NCBI GenBank assembly: GCA_002299465.1 | Contig: DBNX01000018.1 | Coordinates: 11,987-75,986 of the forward strand | Direction of reading: 5' to 3' | From: Patescibacteria group bacterium UBA661 | GTDB lineage: Bacteria > Patescibacteriota > Minisyncoccia > Phycocordibacterales > UBA918 | Length of the DNA stretch: 64,000 nucleotides | Shown: positions 18,522 through 28,586 of the stretch, piece by piece | How the letters are laid out: every line of letters starts with the position of its first letter | Position numbering within the stretch: position 1 is the stretch's first letter | Translations under genes and position numbers: made by a program | The notes under the pieces: generated by a model | Database searches by the model: none | Told to the model about the DNA's origin: nothing | Seen by the model: only the letters and a program-made list of their open reading frames with translations

Positions 18522-18961
18522 GCGAGAGAGGGGTCTTTAGCAGCGACTGTCTTAGAGATACAGGCAAAACATCGACATTTTCCCGCGCTCAGGTATTCAT
18601 TGAAGTACATTTTTCCGTAGTTGTAGGTTAGCTCCTCACCAGATTTTATGCCGCGTTTAGCGTAGATAAAAATTCTTGTTTCATCTTCATTTAATTCTGG
18701 TTCACAATTAGGTTTACAAGAATGATTAAGATAACGCGCCAAATTATCCCGACCCTTACCATCAATTGTCCAAGCGTCGTTTAACTCAAATAAATATTTT
18801 CCACCGCGTCGATTAGCCTCAGCTTCGGTGATGCGTTCTCCCGTGTACTCGATTACCAAATCGCCTTTTTTAAAATCGGCAGTAGCAAACAAACCGAGTC
18901 CGGCTGAGGATTTTTTTACGACAAATTTTTTGTCGACAGTGGCGGCGGATTTATTTTTCAT
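18518..18961 (-). CDS. SET-domain protein-lysine methyltransferase
   Basis: GLGLFA, IEYTGE, RYLNHSCKPN, GEELTYNY, post-SET CRCFAC. Confidence 0.93.
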   Translation of the reverse strand: MKNKSAATVDKKFVVKKSSAGLGLFATADFKKGDLVIEYTGERITEAEANRRGGKYLFELNDAWTIDGKGRDNLARYLNHSCKPNCEPELNEDETRIFIYAKRGIKSGEELTYNYGKMYFNEYLSAGKCRCFACISKTVAAKDPSLA

Positions 18962-19056
18962 ATGGGTGAGAGTATAACAATTACAAAAATTTTTTGTAAT
19001 TGTTTTTAACAGTCGCTGACGCAAATTTAGATTGTTATCTGTTACTATGATTGGGT

Positions 19057-21414
19057 ATGCACAAAGCCCTTTCTGAGTTCATTCGAGTTGCTGATTATAT
19101 GTCAGCGGCACAAATATATTTACGAGACAATTTTTTATTAGAAGAACCGCTTAAGCGCGAGCATATCAAGCCGCGACTTTTAGGACACTGGGGGACCTGT
19201 CCCGGTATCAATTTTACTTACGCACACCTAAACCGCGCTATCATTGCTCACGATTTGGATATGTTGTTTGTGCTCGGGCCAGGGCACGGTTTTCCCGCGG
19301 TACAGGCAAATCTTTTTATGGAAGGTACGCTTAGTGAGTATTATCCAAATATACCGCGTACTGGTGGTGGTTTCGCGCATATGACGAAGCAGTTTAGCTG
19401 GCCCTACGGTTTTCCTAGTCACAGTAATCCTGAAGCGCCGGGGGTAATCCTAGAGGGTGGGGAACTCGGCTACGCTCTGTCTACTTCCTATGGTGCCATT
19501 CTCGATAATCCTGAACTCATCGTGGCTTGTCTCGTTGGAGACGGGGAAGCCGAGACTGGTCCCACCGCTACTGCGTGGCACCTCTCAAAATTAATTGATC
19601 CAGCTAAAAATGGTGCCGTTTTACCGATAGTACACCTCAATGGCTACAAAATCTCAGGACCGACTTTTTACGGACGAATGAGTGATGAGGAACTGGAAGC
19701 TTTGTTTACCGGATATGGTTACCGCCCGCTGTTTGTTGACTCTTACGTTAGTGATGATGTGCATGAGGTGATGATTAAAGCCCTAGATGAAGCCGTAGCG
19801 GACATTCGTTTTACACAACACTGCGCTCGGGAAGGGTCTTTGCAAAAACCACCACGGTGGCCAGTTATTATCCTACGCACTCCAAAAGGTTGGCACAGCA
19901 TAAAAGAGATAAGAGGCAAGCGCATTGAAGACAACTGCGCTTCACACCAAGTCATCGCCGATGGCGCCCATCACGACGACGAGGAACTCCGCCTGCTTGA
20001 GGAATGGCTACGCTCGTATCGGATTGAAGAATTATTCAATGACGGTGCGTTTACAGCCGATATTCAATCTTTATTGCCGCGACCAGAACGAAGGATGGGA
20101 AGTAACAAAAGAGCCCACGGGGGCACGCCGCACTATCGACCTTTGGCTTTGCCGGATTTGGCTGGCTACGCTGCTGCCAATACCTGTGATCTCAATAATC
20201 CAATTTGTGGGGAGGTCAGCAGTATGGAAAAGATTGGGCAATATTTACGTGATGTGATGCGCTACAACGAAGCAGAGCGAAACTTCCGACTTTTCTCTCC
20301 CGATGAAACTTATTCCAACAAATTACACGCGGTATTTGAGTACACCAAGCGAGCTTTTGTCTGGCCACACCAAGAGTGGGACCGGGATCTGGCCTGGGAT
20401 GGGCGAGTGCTTGAGATGCTTTCTGAACACAGCCTGCAAGGCTTGATTCAGGGTTACGTATTGACTGGTCGCCATGGGGTGTTTGCTTCCTACGAAGCGT
20501 TTGTCCAGATTGTGGCGAGTATGGCTGACCAATACGCAAAGTTTCTTAAAATTGCCAGAGGAGTTTCTTGGCGAGGTGAGATTCCTTCACTCAACTACAT
20601 TTTGACTTCGGGAGCATGGCGACAAGAACACAATGGATTTTCTCACCAAAATCCGGGCTTTATTGACGGCGTGCTACAACGTCAAGGTTGCTTTACCAAT
20701 GTCTATTTTCCCCCAGACGCCAACACCGCTCTCGCCACGATGAAGCATATGTTGGCTTCTACTCGAGAAATAAATGTTTTGGTTTGTGAAAAAAGACCGC
20801 TACCAAGTTGGCGGACTCTGACCGAAGCTGAGCGTGACGTTCGTGACGGTGTGTCAATCTGGGATTTTGCTAGTGATGAAGATCCGCATTTGGTGTTGGC
20901 AGCTGCCGGCGATTATCCGACCTTAGAGACGCTAGCGGCAATCAGCTTGGTTCGTCAAGAAATGCCAGAATTAAGAATGCGTTTTGTAAACATCCTGTCG
21001 TTGTCTGCGCTAGGCATTGGTAACTCGTCTTGTCGAGTTCTACCGCACAGTTTTTCCGACTACTTCACAGCTGACAAACCAATCATTGTTAATTTCCATG
21101 GCTACCCACAGACGATAAAACAAGTACTCTTTGATTACGGTTGTACTTCGGAACGAGTCTATGTGCATGGTTATGAAGAGGTAGGTTCTACTACTACCGT
21201 TTTCGATATGATGATACGCAATCGAGTGGACCGCTTCCACCTAGCTTTAGAAGTCTTTGCTTTGGCTGAGAAGACTAAGGTGGCCAGCGCAAAAACAGTG
21301 GCGGCTCTCAAGAAAAAGTATGAGACCTTACTTTCTCAACACCGCGAGTACATTATTGAGAATGGTGATGATCCCAAAGACATTACAAATTGGACATGGC
21401 AGTCACGCTCATAG
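19057..21414 (+). CDS. xfp: Xylulose-5-P/fructose-6-P phosphoketolase
   Basis: GHWGTCPG, GPGHG, EGGELGY, GDGEAETGP, SYEAF, NGFSHQNPG. Confidence 0.96.
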   Translation: MHKALSEFIRVADYMSAAQIYLRDNFLLEEPLKREHIKPRLLGHWGTCPGINFTYAHLNRAIIAHDLDMLFVLGPGHGFPAVQANLFMEGTLSEYYPNIPRTGGGFAHMTKQFSWPYGFPSHSNPEAPGVILEGGELGYALSTSYGAILDNPELIVACLVGDGEAETGPTATAWHLSKLIDPAKNGAVLPIVHLNGYKISGPTFYGRMSDEELEALFTGYGYRPLFVDSYVSDDVHEVMIKALDEAVADIRFTQHCAREGSLQKPPRWPVIILRTPKGWHSIKEIRGKRIEDNCASHQVIADGAHHDDEELRLLEEWLRSYRIEELFNDGAFTADIQSLLPRPERRMGSNKRAHGGTPHYRPLALPDLAGYAAANTCDLNNPICGEVSSMEKIGQYLRDVMRYNEAERNFRLFSPDETYSNKLHAVFEYTKRAFVWPHQEWDRDLAWDGRVLEMLSEHSLQGLIQGYVLTGRHGVFASYEAFVQIVASMADQYAKFLKIARGVSWRGEIPSLNYILTSGAWRQEHNGFSHQNPGFIDGVLQRQGCFTNVYFPPDANTALATMKHMLASTREINVLVCEKRPLPSWRTLTEAERDVRDGVSIWDFASDEDPHLVLAAAGDYPTLETLAAISLVRQEMPELRMRFVNILSLSALGIGNSSCRVLPHSFSDYFTADKPIIVNFHGYPQTIKQVLFDYGCTSERVYVHGYEEVGSTTTVFDMMIRNRVDRFHLALEVFALAEKTKVASAKTVAALKKKYETLLSQHREYIIENGDDPKDITNWTWQSRS

Positions 21415-22577
21415 TAAACCCTGGATCAGCTTCAAAAAAATACGCCCTTTACGACGAGACGGGTTTGCGCATTGCGGCTCATATTGAGTACGTGGAGACG
21501 GGAGGAGTGTCTGTCTGTACCACGCTAGCGGGAATGGATGACCGATGTGTGCTGGCGGGAGCGACGGTTTTTGAGACCAGCTTACTGGATTTCATTGAAC
21601 GTGCTATCAACGAAAAAGTCATCACGAGTGTTACGGAGATTGCCGAGGTCGCCATTCGGGTGGTGTCGCCCGGTACCTTTTTTCAGGCGCATCGAGTGAT
21701 TGATGAGGAATGGCTAAGACGTTTGCGGGCTAATGTTAATCTGGCACCGCTTCATGTTCCGCATACTGAAAAAGAACTAACGATGATTAGACGCGCTTTG
21801 CCGCACGCGCGTGGTTTGGGTATTTCTGACAGTGCTTTTCATTCGACATTGCCACCCCGGGCCCGGCACTACAGTTTGCCCGTTACCGAAGCGGCACAGT
21901 ATGACTTGTATCGTTTTGGTTATCACGGCCTTTCGGTCGGAGCGGCGTTGCGCCGGCTACCGATAGTGATAAAAGCAACCGCACCTGAACGGATAGTTGT
22001 TTGTCATCTCGGAAGTGGCGTGAGTGTAACGGCTGTTAAAGATGGTAAGAGCATCGACACCACGATGGGTTACGCTCCGGGGAGTGGCTTGCTTATGGGT
22101 AGTCGGTCGGGGGATGTTGATGCTGGGGCTTTGCTTGCCCTAATGCAGGAACGCTCGCTTAAACCAATTGATGCTCAGCTGTATCTGCAGAAGCAGGGCG
22201 GTTTGCGTGGTTTGGCTGGGGTTACTGATTTACGCTTGCTTTTAGAAAGGCGAGCACAAGGAGACCGCGCGGCTAACTTAGCCATTGAATCATTTGTTTA
22301 CCAAATCCAAAAAGCCATCGGTGGGGCGGTGGTGGCTTTGGGGGGAGTGGAGGTTCTTATTTTTACAGCCACCGCGGGCGAACGCAGTCCAATCTTACGC
22401 TCCCTTATCACCACGCCACTTTCAGTCCTCGGTTTGGTTATAGATGATGCAAAGAACGACGCCTGTATTAGCCGGGATGGTGTGATTGGTGGTGGAATCG
22501 ACACCGCCCCGCTCATAGCTGTCATCCGCACCACCGAAGCCGATGAAATGTGGCGAATTGCCAAGGGCCTTAGCTAA
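21396..22577 (+). CDS. ackA: Acetate kinase (divergent)
   Basis: NPGSASKK, APLH, FGYHGLS, CHLGSG, DTTMG; overlaps the xfp end. Confidence 0.88.
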   Translation: MAVTLIVNPGSASKKYALYDETGLRIAAHIEYVETGGVSVCTTLAGMDDRCVLAGATVFETSLLDFIERAINEKVITSVTEIAEVAIRVVSPGTFFQAHRVIDEEWLRRLRANVNLAPLHVPHTEKELTMIRRALPHARGLGISDSAFHSTLPPRARHYSLPVTEAAQYDLYRFGYHGLSVGAALRRLPIVIKATAPERIVVCHLGSGVSVTAVKDGKSIDTTMGYAPGSGLLMGSRSGDVDAGALLALMQERSLKPIDAQLYLQKQGGLRGLAGVTDLRLLLERRAQGDRAANLAIESFVYQIQKAIGGAVVALGGVEVLIFTATAGERSPILRSLITTPLSVLGLVIDDAKNDACISRDGVIGGGIDTAPLIAVIRTTEADEMWRIAKGLS

Positions 22578-22599
22578 AGGTAAGAGTTTTTTACTAAAC

Positions 22600-22634
22600 T
22601 AAAACCCACCCACGCAAAGCGTGGGTGGGTTTTA
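22600..22634. terminator. Bidirectional terminator
   Basis: taaaacccacccacgc-aaa-gcgtgggtgggtttta. Confidence 0.85.
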
Positions 22635-22679
22635 ACCATCCAAACACATAAAATAAAAAGTGCCTCATGGAGCAGTTTT

Positions 22680-23024
22680 CTACGAGTTAAGCACAGTCTG
22701 ATCGAAATGGAGTATTCGAATTTCTTGAAGATTGTTGATTTGTGGTGACTGGTGCATCGATACTTTTAGTGACAAATCAAGCGCTTTGGCAATTCGGCTA
22801 AGGGTCTGTAGGGAAGGGTTTCCGTCGCCACGTTCAAGGCGGGAAATCACCGGTTGGCGACTACCAATTGCTTCAGCTAGCTCAGTTTGAGACCAGCCAC
22901 GCTTCACACGCTCTCTAATAATAGTTTTTACTACTTCGTATTCGGGACAGAGTGCCTCGTACTCAGCTTTAATGACGGGGTTCTTAAGAGCTTTAATTTT
23001 AAATTGTTTGAATGAAGTACTCAT
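22680..23024 (-). CDS. XRE/HigA-type HTH antitoxin
   Basis: WSQTELAEAIGSRQPVISRLERG..NPSLQTL. Confidence 0.85.
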   Translation of the reverse strand: MSTSFKQFKIKALKNPVIKAEYEALCPEYEVVKTIIRERVKRGWSQTELAEAIGSRQPVISRLERGDGNPSLQTLSRIAKALDLSLKVSMHQSPQINNLQEIRILHFDQTVLNS

Positions 23025-23030
23025 AGAGTA

Positions 23031-23052
23031 AATATAACTTATAAGTTATATT
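23031..23052. promoter_or_regulatory. Perfect 22-bp palindrome, likely antitoxin operator
   Basis: AATATAACTTATAAGTTATATT. Confidence 0.65.
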
Positions 23053-23299
23053 ATTGCGAGTGTGCTTGTGCATCACGTGCCCTGGATAACTCCCTATCTA
23101 GAGTTTTCTGTGTCTTCTTGATATAAGCATGCAACAAGAAAGCCTTCAGACAGATGTCGACTGTGCGGCATACCAAGGTCACTACCAAATTCTTCCAGTA
23201 ATTCGATAGTGCGAATGACCTCGGCGGTTTCCTTTGCGTTTAGTAACTCAAGAAATTTTTCAACAGAATTTCAACAGAATCAGGGAGGATAATTTGCAT
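23051..23299 (-). pseudogene. HigB/RelE (Gp49-like) toxin pseudogene
   Basis: Manual translation MQIILPDSVE/KFLELL..LGMPHSRHLSEG/FLLHAYIKKTQKT; 11-bp duplication and an internal deletion each shift the frame. Confidence 0.8.
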
Positions 23300-23317
23300 A
23301 TGATAAACATATCAAAA

Positions 23318-23352
23318 CATAGAAGCTTGCTCAAATGAGCAAGCTTCTATGT
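23318..23352 (-). terminator. tmRNA terminator
   Basis: acatagaagcttgctc..gagcaagcttctatgt followed by Ts on the minus strand. Confidence 0.8.
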
Positions 23353-23373
23353 TGTTCCACATGCTTCTATGTC

Positions 23374-23771
23374 GGTGGAGATGGGGAGAATTGAACTCCC
23401 GTCCGAATTAGGTGCTTAGAGCGAGTCTACAGTGTGTAGGGTATTCTTTGGTTTAAGTTTCTAATCTAGAGAATAGACAAGACAATTAGATTCCGAGTTG
23501 TGACAAAGCTCGAGCATAATGACAACGACATTTCTGCTCAAAGTCTCATGGCTATTTTGCAAGACACACGGTACGAGACCCTTGGTGCGCTCACATCACT
23601 CCGGCGAGCGTAAGATTACGCAAAGGCGGGAGCGAATCCAAACGCGCGAGCGTATGGACTTGGTACTGCTTTGTCTGCACGTACGAATGCCTGAGATTTT
23701 AACGCAGTTCTCAGACAGCTGCGACACTGCACACAATAAGACAACACTAACCGTCGATGCCTAGCATCCCC
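23374..23771 (-). ncRNA. ssrA: tmRNA
   Basis: 5' GGGGATG..TCGAC; 3' GGGAGTTCAATTCTCCCCATCTCCACC; tag ORF 23678-23616; adjacent to smpB. Confidence 0.95.
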
Positions 23772-23853
23772 AGCACAGTTTCTTTCGTCTCGATTGGTTT
23801 TTTAAAACCAGACGGTTAAGGAAAAAACGGTGCGGGGAACGGTGTACTTAGGT

Positions 23854-24306
23854 TTATTGATTTTTCAAAAGACGATTGATGTCGCGATTGGCGTCGCGCT
23901 GCTTGAGAGCTTCTCGCTTGTCGGCTTTTTTCTTACCGCGCGCCAGAGCAATCTCAAGCTTTAGATATCTCTTTTTATTATACCACTTAATTGCGACTAT
24001 TGTCAAACCACGCTCTTCACTGGCGCGTGTCAATTCACTTAATTCTTTTTTAGAAAGTAGGAGCTTTCGCACCCGTTCGGGGTCGTAGTTTTTGGGAGTA
24101 TTGGCGACTTGGTAGGGGCTGATGGAAGCGTTCACCAGGTACGCCTCGCCGCCGCGAATAATAGCGTACGCACCAGTCAGGCTAGCCTTGCCGGCACGGA
24201 CAGATTTCACTTCTTGACCACTAAGCAACACCCCCGCTTCGTAGCGTTCTAGTATCTCGTAATCAAAAGAGGCCTTTTTGTTTGTGACTGAGGTGTTGTT
24301 GCTCAT
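23854..24306 (-). CDS. smpB: SsrA-binding protein
   Basis: NKKASFDY, EAGVLL.G.EVKS, RKLLL, GKKKADKR. Confidence 0.97.
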   Translation of the reverse strand: MSNNTSVTNKKASFDYEILERYEAGVLLSGQEVKSVRAGKASLTGAYAIIRGGEAYLVNASISPYQVANTPKNYDPERVRKLLLSKKELSELTRASEERGLTIVAIKWYNKKRYLKLEIALARGKKKADKREALKQRDANRDINRLLKNQ

Positions 24307-24416
24307 AATATAGTTAATCCTCATACTATAGATGGTATTGCCGGGAAGGGCAATCGGCTTAATTGTCTATAGCAAAACTCGTAATTTCTTGGTTTTTTTG
24401 TATAATGCGCCTACCT

Positions 24417-26519
24417 ATGACAAAACCAGAATTAGATAAAAAAGTCGATGAGACAAATGTTCCGGCTGATAAAGAAGAAGTGAAATTACCAGACGAAGAA
24501 AGTTCTGAGGATAAGGACAAATCCGAGGCAAGCCGTCCGCCCAAAAAAGAACAGCAGACCACCTTACCTAAGTTTAGTGAAGTCAGACAGCGGGTGCCAC
24601 TGGGTCCGGGTAATTTTTGGAACAACGTACTTTCAACCGTCTTACTCTTAATATTGGTAATGTTGGCCTTTAGTTACCTTTCGGAACAACAAGTGCCGCC
24701 CGAGGAACTCACGCTGTCTCAAGTCGTGTCGCAAGTAAAGGCGGGCGAGGTCAAGGAGATTGTTGTGCGCGGTACGCGGTTAGAAATAATGTACCACGAT
24801 GCCACCAGAACTCCGGGCGAAGCCAAGCGGGAGGTAGACGCATCGGTTTCCGAGTCACTCACTAATTTTGGTGTGACTTACGAGCAACTACAAGCCGTGA
24901 CTATTGATGTCCAGCGGGAGACGGGCTTTGCTTATTGGTTTGGGCAATTTGCTCCATTTTTGTTTCCGATTATTTTGCTCATTTTGATCATCTGGTTCTT
25001 CATGCGTTCGGTGAAGGGGGCTGGTATGCAAGCGCTTAATTTTGGTTCTTCTAAAGCGCGGATGATTGACCCGAATGATACTACTCAGAAAGTGACATTC
25101 AAGGATGTGGCAGGAGCTAAGGAAGCCAAACAAGAGCTCGAGGAAATTGTTGATTTTCTTAAGAATCCCAAAAAGTTTCTTGACATTGGGGCGGAGATTC
25201 CGAAGGGAGTCATGATGATGGGTGCACCAGGAACAGGTAAGACTTTATTGGCGCGAGCGGTAGCTGGGGAAGCGGGAGTACCGTTTTTCTCTATCTCGGG
25301 TTCGGAATTCGTTGAGATGTTCGTTGGGGTCGGGGCGTCCAGAGTGCGAGATTTGTTCTCGATGGCGAAAAAGGCAGCACCGGCTATTATCTTTGTTGAC
25401 GAGATAGATGCGGTGGGTCGAATCCGAGGGACGGGAGTAGGTGGCGGTAATGATGAGAGGGAACAGACACTCAATCAGATTCTGGTGGAGATGGATGGTT
25501 TTGAGCCAAACGCTAAAGTTATTGTAATGGCAGCGACCAACCGACCAGATGTACTTGATCCAGCTCTACTGCGTCCGGGTCGTTTTGACCGACGAGTCAC
25601 CATCGACTTACCAGACCGCAAAGACCGCGAAGAGATTTTGGCAGTCCACTCTAGAAAAAAGCCTTTAGCCGAAGATGTAGATTTGGCAGTAATTGCACAA
25701 CGGACGCCTGGTTTTTCGGGGGCCGATCTTTATTCTCTGATGAACGAAGCGGCAATTTTGGCAGCACGCGAGAAACGCAAAAAAGTGTCACAATTTGACA
25801 TCATTCGCTCGATTGAAAAAGTAATGCTCGGTCCAGAACGGAAGAGTCACGTTTTGTCACAACGTGAAAAACTGGTGACCGCCTACCATGAAGTTGGTCA
25901 CGCCTTGGTGGCATCAGTGTTACCATACGCTGACCCAGTACAAAAAATTTCCATCATCTCGCGGGGACGAGCGGCTGGTTACACGCTCAAGCTGCCAGAT
26001 GAAGACCGCCGAATGCATACCAGAAAAGAATTTTTGGATGATATTGCGATGACGCTCGGTGGTTATGTGACAGAGGAAATGGTGTTTGGTGATTTAACAA
26101 CGGGCCCTTCTAACGACTTGCAAGTGGTGGCAAATCTCGCTCGCGATATGGTGACTAAATATGGCATGAGCCCACTGGGTCCGATTGCTCTTGAGGGTAC
26201 GGGCGGACGACTTATCGGTGGTGGTATGAGCGAAGATCGAGGGTATTCGCCACAGGTGGCCAAAGCCATTGATGACGAAGTTGCCAAAATCATTCAAGAA
26301 GGAAAAGATCGTGCCAAAGAAGTTCTTACCAAATATCGAAAAGCTCTCGATGTCATCTCTATGAAGTTGGTTGAACTGGAGACTTTAGAAAGAGAAGCTT
26401 ATGAAGCGTTGCTTAAGCAAGAGGGGGTAGAGATTCAAGACGCCTACAAGAAAATGCGAGAGGATGAGATTAAAGTAGCCGACCCAACCAGTGTGTTGGC
26501 GACGCCAGCCGCCAAATAA
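24417..26519 (+). CDS. ftsH: ATP-dependent zinc metalloprotease FtsH
   Basis: 2 TMs, [29 protein letters not shown]. Confidence 0.98.
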   Translation: MTKPELDKKVDETNVPADKEEVKLPDEESSEDKDKSEASRPPKKEQQTTLPKFSEVRQRVPLGPGNFWNNVLSTVLLLILVMLAFSYLSEQQVPPEELTLSQVVSQVKAGEVKEIVVRGTRLEIMYHDATRTPGEAKREVDASVSESLTNFGVTYEQLQAVTIDVQRETGFAYWFGQFAPFLFPIILLILIIWFFMRSVKGAGMQALNFGSSKARMIDPNDTTQKVTFKDVAGAKEAKQELEEIVDFLKNPKKFLDIGAEIPKGVMMMGAPGTGKTLLARAVAGEAGVPFFSISGSEFVEMFVGVGASRVRDLFSMAKKAAPAIIFVDEIDAVGRIRGTGVGGGNDEREQTLNQILVEMDGFEPNAKVIVMAATNRPDVLDPALLRPGRFDRRVTIDLPDRKDREEILAVHSRKKPLAEDVDLAVIAQRTPGFSGADLYSLMNEAAILAAREKRKKVSQFDIIRSIEKVMLGPERKSHVLSQREKLVTAYHEVGHALVASVLPYADPVQKISIISRGRAAGYTLKLPDEDRRMHTRKEFLDDIAMTLGGYVTEEMVFGDLTTGPSNDLQVVANLARDMVTKYGMSPLGPIALEGTGGRLIGGGMSEDRGYSPQVAKAIDDEVAKIIQEGKDRAKEVLTKYRKALDVISMKLVELETLEREAYEALLKQEGVEIQDAYKKMREDEIKVADPTSVLATPAAK

Positions 26520-26536
26520 ACTGAGCGTCTCAATTA

Positions 26537-26567
26537 CTAAAAACGCGTCAAGCAGACGCGTTTTTAG
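26537..26567. terminator. Bidirectional terminator
   Basis: ctaaaaacgcgtc..gacgcgtttttag. Confidence 0.8.
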
Positions 26568-27322
26568 TTGGGTGGATTTTGGTAGCGAGCAAAATTATCC
26601 GACACAGCAGGCGCTGGTTTGAAATCCTTTACTTGGTTGTAGGTTCTGTCTTCGGTGCGGGTAATGCAGCCATCTTCCAGATAGATAACGCGGTCGCAGT
26701 GGGCCGTGTATTCGGGTTCGTGGGTGACCATCACAATCGTCTGTCCCTCGCGGTGCAACTGGGCGAGTAAAGAGATCACGGTATCACCAGAAACACTATC
26801 AAGATTGGCGGTGGGTTCGTCCGCAAAAATAATCTTTGGTTTACCAGCGACAGCCCGAGCAATGGAGACACGTTGCTGTTCGCCACCGGAAAGTTGTGAG
26901 GGCAGATTGTTGTATTTATCAGGCAATCCGACTGAGGAGAGAGTAGTTTGGGCCGTCTGCCGGGCGCTTTCCCAATCAATACCACGCATCAGTAACGGGA
27001 GAACGACATTTTCCCCGGCCGTCAGTTCGGGGATAAGGGCGTAGTCTTGAAAGATGTAGCCCAATGTGTAAAGGCGAAAGTTAACCAGAGCGGTTTCTGA
27101 GAGGGCGAGAATATCTTGCCCGTCAATCAAGATATTGCCCGATGATGGTCTGTCTAAGGCAGAGAGTTGGTAGAGTAGGGTGGATTTACCAGCCCCAGAT
27201 TTACCCATAATCGCTACAAACTCACCCTGATTAACATTGATATCAACACCCTTAAGAACGCGCGTGGTGAGTGCGCCAGTGCCGAAAGTTCTTGTGATTG
27301 CTTGTCCTTGTATGATGTGCAT
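26564..27322 (-). CDS. ABC transporter ATPase (MacB/LolD-like)
   Basis: GKSGAGKST, LSGGEQQ, DEPT, VTH. Confidence 0.93.
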   Translation of the reverse strand: MHIIQGQAITRTFGTGALTTRVLKGVDINVNQGEFVAIMGKSGAGKSTLLYQLSALDRPSSGNILIDGQDILALSETALVNFRLYTLGYIFQDYALIPELTAGENVVLPLLMRGIDWESARQTAQTTLSSVGLPDKYNNLPSQLSGGEQQRVSIARAVAGKPKIIFADEPTANLDSVSGDTVISLLAQLHREGQTIVMVTHEPEYTAHCDRVIYLEDGCITRTEDRTYNQVKDFKPAPAVSDNFARYQNPPN

Positions 27323-27331
27323 ATTTTTATT

Positions 27332-28579
27332 TTACCTTCTACCCAAGATCGCGTTTAAGGTGTTCTGACGGGTAATCATCCAGGCGGGAATGAAGCCGGC
27401 TATTAAGGTGACAGCAAATAAAGCCCCCGAACGCAACAACATATCATCGAGACTGATACTTAAAGAGGCGTTGGCGAACGGGAAGTTAATAGGATTTTGT
27501 TCGAAATAGGGAATGATAATAAATTGAGTAATCAAAATACCGATGATAGCGCCAGTGATGGCATAGAAAGCCGCCTGAGTGATGTAGGCGTACTCGATGG
27601 CGCGCCGACTGATGCCGATAGCTTTTAGGATACCAATCTGACGGCGGCGAGAAATGGCGTTAATAAAAATCACAATGAAGATAGTAATCGAAGCGACCAC
27701 CAAGCCGATGGCTCCAGTAAACAAGCCGAGCAGATTAAAAGTGGTGCGCATATCAATAAGAAACTTCGGAATATCCTCAGTAAAGGAATTGATGGTAGCC
27801 AGAGTGGCTAGTTCGCTCGCCCGTAGTCGATCACGAATAGTGTACTCATTAAATCCCGGTTGTAGTCTAACGGCAATTTGATTGGCATCGTGATCAGTGC
27901 GATTAAATAATCTCCTAAACTCTCGTTCGGGAATGTAGACTGCTGTAGAGATTAAATCAACTTTAGAGTCAACAATACCTTTGACCGTAAACTCCCGACT
28001 CTGTCCATCTACAGTGATCATTACCGTATCCCCCGGATAAACATTTTTGAGTGAATCAAAAGCATCGCCGAACTCAGCGGCATAGCGTTCAATGTTTAGC
28101 TTGCCCATAAGAATGTAGCCAGTTTCACCAGCCGAAAAATATTCACCCGCACTCACCATCTGGCTTAAGCCTGAAGTAAGATCCTCAGCCACAGGGTCAA
28201 TACCGGTCAACATGACGGTGATGACGTCGGCATCATCACGTAAATCGCGGCGTTCTTGGTAGTTAGCTTCGATAGTAGCTAAGCCGGTCAAGCGAGGAGA
28301 GAAAGTGGCAATCTCGGGATGGTTTGGTAGTGTTTTTAGGAAGCGTTCGGTTTCTTTAATTTGGGTCTCACCAGTGAGTGGGCTAATGGTGATGTCGCCG
28401 AGGGCTCCGGTTCGTACTTCTCGCAGGGAGCTATCAATAATACCAATTAGAATACCGCTTAAAGCGACTAAATTTATAAAGGTAAATAAAATTACAGCGA
28501 TAATTAGTAATGTCGTCCACAGACTCGCTCTTTGGATTTGTCTAATTCCCAGCAGTAGACCAATGCGTAAGTCTTGCAT
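27332..28579 (-). CDS. ABC permease, FtsX/MacB family
   Basis: TM, large loop, 3 TMs; RRRQIGILKAIG. Confidence 0.9.
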   Translation of the reverse strand: MQDLRIGLLLGIRQIQRASLWTTLLIIAVILFTFINLVALSGILIGIIDSSLREVRTGALGDITISPLTGETQIKETERFLKTLPNHPEIATFSPRLTGLATIEANYQERRDLRDDADVITVMLTGIDPVAEDLTSGLSQMVSAGEYFSAGETGYILMGKLNIERYAAEFGDAFDSLKNVYPGDTVMITVDGQSREFTVKGIVDSKVDLISTAVYIPEREFRRLFNRTDHDANQIAVRLQPGFNEYTIRDRLRASELATLATINSFTEDIPKFLIDMRTTFNLLGLFTGAIGLVVASITIFIVIFINAISRRRQIGILKAIGISRRAIEYAYITQAAFYAITGAIIGILITQFIIIPYFEQNPINFPFANASLSISLDDMLLRSGALFAVTLIAGFIPAWMITRQNTLNAILGRR

Positions 28580-28586
28580 AGGGTAA

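Noticed and set aside
23519-23764. 81-aa ORF on the plus strand
   Set aside because: Antisense to tmRNA
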